In this document: positions 59,835 to 64,000 of the stretch, piece after piece | Layout of the letters: each line of letters begins with the position of its first letter | How positions within the stretch are numbered: the first letter of the stretch is position 1 | Source of the DNA: Pseudogracilibacillus sp. | GTDB taxonomy: Bacteria > Bacillota > Bacilli > Bacillales > Amphibacillaceae | Reading direction: 5' to 3' | Assembly (NCBI GenBank): GCA_032113595.1 | Contig: DAMCTP010000001.1 | Coordinates: forward strand, 17,777-81,776 | DNA: 64,000 bases | Program-made: the position numbers and the translations under genes | Notes under the pieces: generated by a model | The model's input: only the letters and a program-made list of their open reading frames with translations | Told to the model about the DNA's origin: nothing | Databases searched by the model: none

Positions 59835-60633
59835 CGTTACCTACCCCCCGTTGGCTCATTTCTTCCTGTTCCATTCTCTTAAGTTCTTTTGTTGACAAAT
59901 AGGAACTTAATTTATCTTTAATAACATTTGGTGATTCGCCAACAGTAATCGATAAAATACCTTCGACCATAATATATTTTAGTTTTACTTCTTCTTTGGA
60001 CTTTTCCCGTAATTTATTGGCAAATGGATGCCATAATACATATCCTGTAAAAATACCTAGTAATGTTGCAATAAATGCCGCCGAAATTGCTGCGCCTAAT
60101 ACCTCCATATTACTTAGATTCCCTAACGCTGCAATCAGCCCTACGACTGCACCTAATACACCCAATGTAGGAGCATATGTACCAGCTTGTGAAAATACCC
60201 TTGCTCCTTCTTCGTGTCTTTGCTCCATTGCTTCTATTTTTTCAATCAGCACTTCTCTAATGAAATCGGGATTTTGGCCGTCTACTGCCATTTGTAAACC
60301 AGAGGTTAAAAATGGGTCATCAATATCCACCATTTGTCCCTCTAAAGATAATAAACCTTCTTTTCTCGTTTTTTCTGCCCAACTAATAAATTGATCAATT
60401 AACTCTTTTACATTTGTCTTTTCAGTTTCTTTAAAAATTATTTTAAATAGATGGGGAACATTTTTAATCACTCTTGTTGGAAATGCAATCAACACTGCTG
60501 CTGCTGTTCCAGCGAATATAATTAAAATTGCAGCTGGATTTAATAAGGCATCAAATGTAATGCCTTTTAAAAGCATGCCAATACCAATTGCAACGACTCC
60601 TAAAATTAATCCAATTATTGATGTTTTATCCAT
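59815..60633 (-). CDS. motA: Flagellar stator protein MotA
   Basis: MDKTSIIG...NPAAILII, RKEGLLSLE and GTYAPTLGVLGAV. Confidence 0.93.
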   Translation of the reverse strand: MDKTSIIGLILGVVAIGIGMLLKGITFDALLNPAAILIIFAGTAAAVLIAFPTRVIKNVPHLFKIIFKETEKTNVKELIDQFISWAEKTRKEGLLSLEGQMVDIDDPFLTSGLQMAVDGQNPDFIREVLIEKIEAMEQRHEEGARVFSQAGTYAPTLGVLGAVVGLIAALGNLSNMEVLGAAISAAFIATLLGIFTGYVLWHPFANKLREKSKEEVKLKYIMVEGILSITVGESPNVIKDKLSSYLSTKELKRMEQEEMSQRGVGNVVEEAD

Positions 60634-60871
60634 GATATCGCTCCCTTATTGCTATCATTTTAAATGATATCACTATCATACTACATTTTACATATTATTT
60701 ATAACGAATTATTGCGTTTTTTCTACATTTAAGGGGATTTTAAGACAAAAGTCTTATTTTTCTTACTATCCATTTTAGTATTAATATTCACCGGGGATAA
60801 TTGTATTTCTATAATTTCTCATTTGTGTTATAGTCGTTGTTAGGAAAAGATAAGAAAGCTGGTTTTTAATC

Positions 60872-62089
60872 ATGTCTACAACTACTACGATACACCCTAC
60901 AAACAAAACTGTTTATCCTGTATTACTTACGATTGGTGCATGTCATTTATTAAACGATTCATTACAAGCTGTTATCCCAGCTATGTTTCCTATTTTAGAA
61001 AGTTCCTTAGGATTAACATTTACACAACTTGGTTTAATCGCCTTTTCCCTTAATATGGTAGCATCTGTATCACAACCTATCATCGGTATGTTTACAGATA
61101 CACATCCAATACCTTTTGCTTTACCAATTGGGTTAGTAAGTAGTATGTTAGGTATGCTTGGGCTAGCATTAGCACCAAATTTTTCATTCATATTATTAAG
61201 TGTCATCTTTATTGGGCTCGGGTCGGCAACATTTCATCCTGAAGGCTCAAGAGTAGCCTATCTAGCTGCTGGTCCAAAAAGAGGATTATCACAATCCATT
61301 TTTCAAGTCGGGGGAAATACAGGTCAGTCTTTAGCCCCGTTAATTACTGCTCTTGTCCTCGTACCTTTAGGTCAATTTGGGGCTATTTGGTTTACAGTTG
61401 TCGCTGGAATAGCTGTCATTTTACTATTTTATATTGCCAAGTGGTATCAACAACAAATGACCATTATTAATAAAAGTGAAAAGAATGGCAAGTTAGAGCA
61501 AAAGCAACTGACCGTATCCAGAAGACTTTTGAGAAATACCATTTTTTTATTAGTTATCGTTGTTTTTGCCCGCATGTGGTATCACGTTGCTATTTTAAAC
61601 TTCTATGCATTTTACATAATCGATCAATACGGTTTTTCAATCTCTAAAGCACAAATTTATACATTTGTATTCCTATTTACAGGAGCAATCGGCACCTTTT
61701 TTGGTGGTCCTTTCAGTGATCGTTTTGGTAAACGGACAGTCATTATCGCCTCTTTTCTTATTCCTGTACCTTTTGCTATATTACTTCCTTATGTAAATTC
61801 CTTTTTAGCAATTATTTTATTATTAATAATCGGCTTCTTCATTATGTCTAGTTTTTCAGTTTCTGTTGTCTATGCACAAGAATTAAAACCGGATAGGGTT
61901 GGAATGATGTCTGGCTTAATCATTGGACTTGCATTTGGAATGGGGGCTTTAGGCTCGGTTGTTATTGGCTTTTTAATTGACTGGATTAGTTTAACACCTA
62001 CTATGATCATTGTTTCAACGATACCTATCATTGGTTTATTATCATTTTTATTGCCGGAGGATAAAGCAATTGCAGGGTGGTATAAATAA
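60872..62089 (+). CDS. MFS transporter, Fsr/YfnC-like
   Basis: HLLND, FHPEGSR, QSIFQVGGN and SDRFGKR motifs. Confidence 0.88.
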   Translation: MSTTTTIHPTNKTVYPVLLTIGACHLLNDSLQAVIPAMFPILESSLGLTFTQLGLIAFSLNMVASVSQPIIGMFTDTHPIPFALPIGLVSSMLGMLGLALAPNFSFILLSVIFIGLGSATFHPEGSRVAYLAAGPKRGLSQSIFQVGGNTGQSLAPLITALVLVPLGQFGAIWFTVVAGIAVILLFYIAKWYQQQMTIINKSEKNGKLEQKQLTVSRRLLRNTIFLLVIVVFARMWYHVAILNFYAFYIIDQYGFSISKAQIYTFVFLFTGAIGTFFGGPFSDRFGKRTVIIASFLIPVPFAILLPYVNSFLAIILLLIIGFFIMSSFSVSVVYAQELKPDRVGMMSGLIIGLAFGMGALGSVVIGFLIDWISLTPTMIIVSTIPIIGLLSFLLPEDKAIAGWYK

Positions 62090-62209
62090 GCGATACTTGG
62101 TTTAACAGTATTTTGTTTTAAATATTTTCTTCTAGTATTTTACAGTAATTTTTGGTACGCTAAAACTAATAATATAGGGTAATTTTCGTAAATAGATGGA
62201 GGGAATAAA

Positions 62210-63271
62210 ATGAAAAATATTGTCATACTTGGTGCGGGATATGGTGGTATAAAGGTACTTACTGGTTTATTAAATATGTCCCTCCCTGAAAATATAAAAA
62301 TTACGGTAATTGATAAAAACCCTTATCATTCTTATAAAACTGAATTTCATACAGTTGTTGCCGGTACAGCGGCGGATATTGATGTGAGAACAAGTTTTCC
62401 TACTCATGACCTCATCGAATATGAATACGGTACGGTTAAAAAAATAGATGTTGATGAACAACATATTTACTTTGAAAATAAAAGTAAAATTGTTTCTTAT
62501 GACTATCTCGTTTTTGGTTTGGGATGTGAGGATGCATATCATAATATTGAAGGTGCAAAGAAATACACTGAAAGTGTGCAATCTTTTTCAAAGGCACGCC
62601 ATGCTGGATTATCAGTTGGTAATTTAAAAGCCTATGGAATGTTGACCATTGTTGGGGCAGGCTTAAGTGGAATCGAAGTTGCTTCAGAGGTTAGAGAAAG
62701 CCGCCCCGATTTAAATATTCGTTTACTCGACCGTGGTGGTTCTGTTCTAAGCTCATTTGACCCTAAAATTCAAGCATATGTTCGTAATTGGTTTGTTGAA
62801 AATGATGTAGAAGTATTACATCATGCAGTAGTCGAATATGTTGAAAAAGATGGTGTATGTAACAACGGAATTTGTTATGTGAATGATGTCACCATTTGGA
62901 CGGCAGGGGTTCAACCACATCGATTAGCACGTGAATTACCTTTTAAAAAAGATCAACAAAATAAAATTGTTGTCAATGATTTTTTTCAAGTACCCACCCA
63001 CCCGAACGTATACGTTGTCGGTGATAATGCTTCCTCAGTTCACTCCCCAAGTGGACAGTTAGCCGGACAACAAGGAGAACAGATTGCCTCTGTTTTAGGT
63101 GATATATTATTGGGAAATGAACCTAGAAAACCAAAAGAAATTAAACTCCGTGGTACACTTGGTTCACTTGGAAAATCGGACGGATTTGGCAGTATGTTTC
63201 AACAATCTCTTACTGGTTTTCTACCAAGGCTTACTAAATCTGGTGTTCTTTGGCTACAAAAACGTCACTAA
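62210..63271 (+). CDS. NAD(P)/FAD-dependent oxidoreductase (YutJ-like, NDH-2 related)
   Basis: GAGYGG, GAGLSGIEVASE, WTAGVQP and VVGD motifs. Confidence 0.85.
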   Translation: MKNIVILGAGYGGIKVLTGLLNMSLPENIKITVIDKNPYHSYKTEFHTVVAGTAADIDVRTSFPTHDLIEYEYGTVKKIDVDEQHIYFENKSKIVSYDYLVFGLGCEDAYHNIEGAKKYTESVQSFSKARHAGLSVGNLKAYGMLTIVGAGLSGIEVASEVRESRPDLNIRLLDRGGSVLSSFDPKIQAYVRNWFVENDVEVLHHAVVEYVEKDGVCNNGICYVNDVTIWTAGVQPHRLARELPFKKDQQNKIVVNDFFQVPTHPNVYVVGDNASSVHSPSGQLAGQQGEQIASVLGDILLGNEPRKPKEIKLRGTLGSLGKSDGFGSMFQQSLTGFLPRLTKSGVLWLQKRH

Positions 63272-63301
63272 TTTTACTTAAAGGTAACTTCTTATTACTC
63301 T

Positions 63302-63991
63302 TTACATGAGGAGTGCAATAAGTGGTGGAGTAACGACTGAAACAAATAAAGTACTTAAAATCATCGCTATTGTACTCATAGTACCTGTTTTTGAATCATA
63401 CTCTAACGCTTTTGAAGTCCCTATAGCATGTGATGCAGACCCTAATCCAATTCCCCTACTTATAGGGGTTTTCATTTTGAAGAGTTTAAAAACATAAGGA
63501 CCCAACATCGCACCTACTATCCCAGCAAATACTACGAATACTGCCGTAAGAGAATCTATTCCTCCCAAATTCGCACTAATATCCATAGCTACTGGAGTCG
63601 TTACAGATTTAGGGGCAATTGAATAAACAAGCTTTTCTTCAATTCCAATGATTAAAGCTAATCCTACCCCTGTTGATACACCAACTATTGAGCCGATGAG
63701 TGTGCCGACAATAATTGGTAGTGCCTTCCTCCTAATAATTTGACGGTGATGATATAGTGGATAAGCCAAGGCAACAACTGCTGGGCTTAATAGCTCATGA
63801 ATCCAAACACCACCAGCCATATACGTGTTATAATCAATAGAAAAAATTAATAGTATCATGACTAATGTTGCTGTTGCGACAACAATCGGTATTAATAGAG
63901 GTGTTTTCAACCTGTTATATAACCATCTACCTAATAAATAAGCCCCGATTGTGATTGAAATACTTAAAAAGATAATGATAAAATTCTCCAT
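63302..63991 (-). CDS. LrgB/CidB family membrane protein
   Basis: LSPAVVALAYPL, KSVTTPVA and SHAIGT motifs. Confidence 0.92.
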   Translation of the reverse strand: MENFIIIFLSISITIGAYLLGRWLYNRLKTPLLIPIVVATATLVMILLIFSIDYNTYMAGGVWIHELLSPAVVALAYPLYHHRQIIRRKALPIIVGTLIGSIVGVSTGVGLALIIGIEEKLVYSIAPKSVTTPVAMDISANLGGIDSLTAVFVVFAGIVGAMLGPYVFKLFKMKTPISRGIGLGSASHAIGTSKALEYDSKTGTMSTIAMILSTLFVSVVTPPLIALLM

Positions 63992-64000
63992 TTATTTGCT

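Noticed and set aside
60634..60871. SigD promoter for motAB
   Set aside because: No correctly spaced TAAA-N15-GCCGATAT match was found by eye.

Overview
Low-GC, gene-dense chromosomal window from a Bacillaceae bacterium. The Mrp and NhaP antiporters, EutB and an acidic MotB suggest a halo/alkali-tolerant Oceanobacillus/Virgibacillus-like lineage (inference). Content is mostly housekeeping and metabolic: pucR-like/eutB/aspA, terC, phosphosugar mutase, nhaP, ampS, cls, megL, rarD, metY, ypmR/S, a WYL regulator, ABC-F, ytcJ, ypuA, an SLC13 permease, an ECF sigma/anti-sigma/ABC module, ridA, MATE, SWIM-SNF2, class I RNR (nrdA-flavodoxin-nrdB), rocB, gltC<>gdhA, a sirtuin, a KdpD-type USP protein, mrpABCDEFG, rlmN, motAB, MFS transporters, yutJ and lrgB. 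Three riboswitches are clearly readable: yybP-ykoY (Mn), SAM-I and cobalamin. Also readable are NrdR boxes, GltC boxes and a candidate ECF promoter. I found no CRISPR array, tRNA/rRNA, transposase, prophage or recognisable defence operon. The best leads are: (i) at least three 170-186 bp intergenic elements sharing bipartite terminal inverted repeats (GGCTCTGTTAAA-N7/8-GTTGA) around apparently unrelated interiors; (ii) a WYL regulator and an ABC-F gene whose divergent promoters share a spacer motif; (iii) GltC with a gltAB-type operator driving an NADP-GDH instead; (iv) a possible Firmicute hydroxyectoine catabolic locus; (v) MetY with a degenerate CoA-binding-like tail; (vi) a stand-alone KdpD-type USP divergent from mrp. 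All family calls come from motif recognition by eye; no database search was run, so novelty is unverified.
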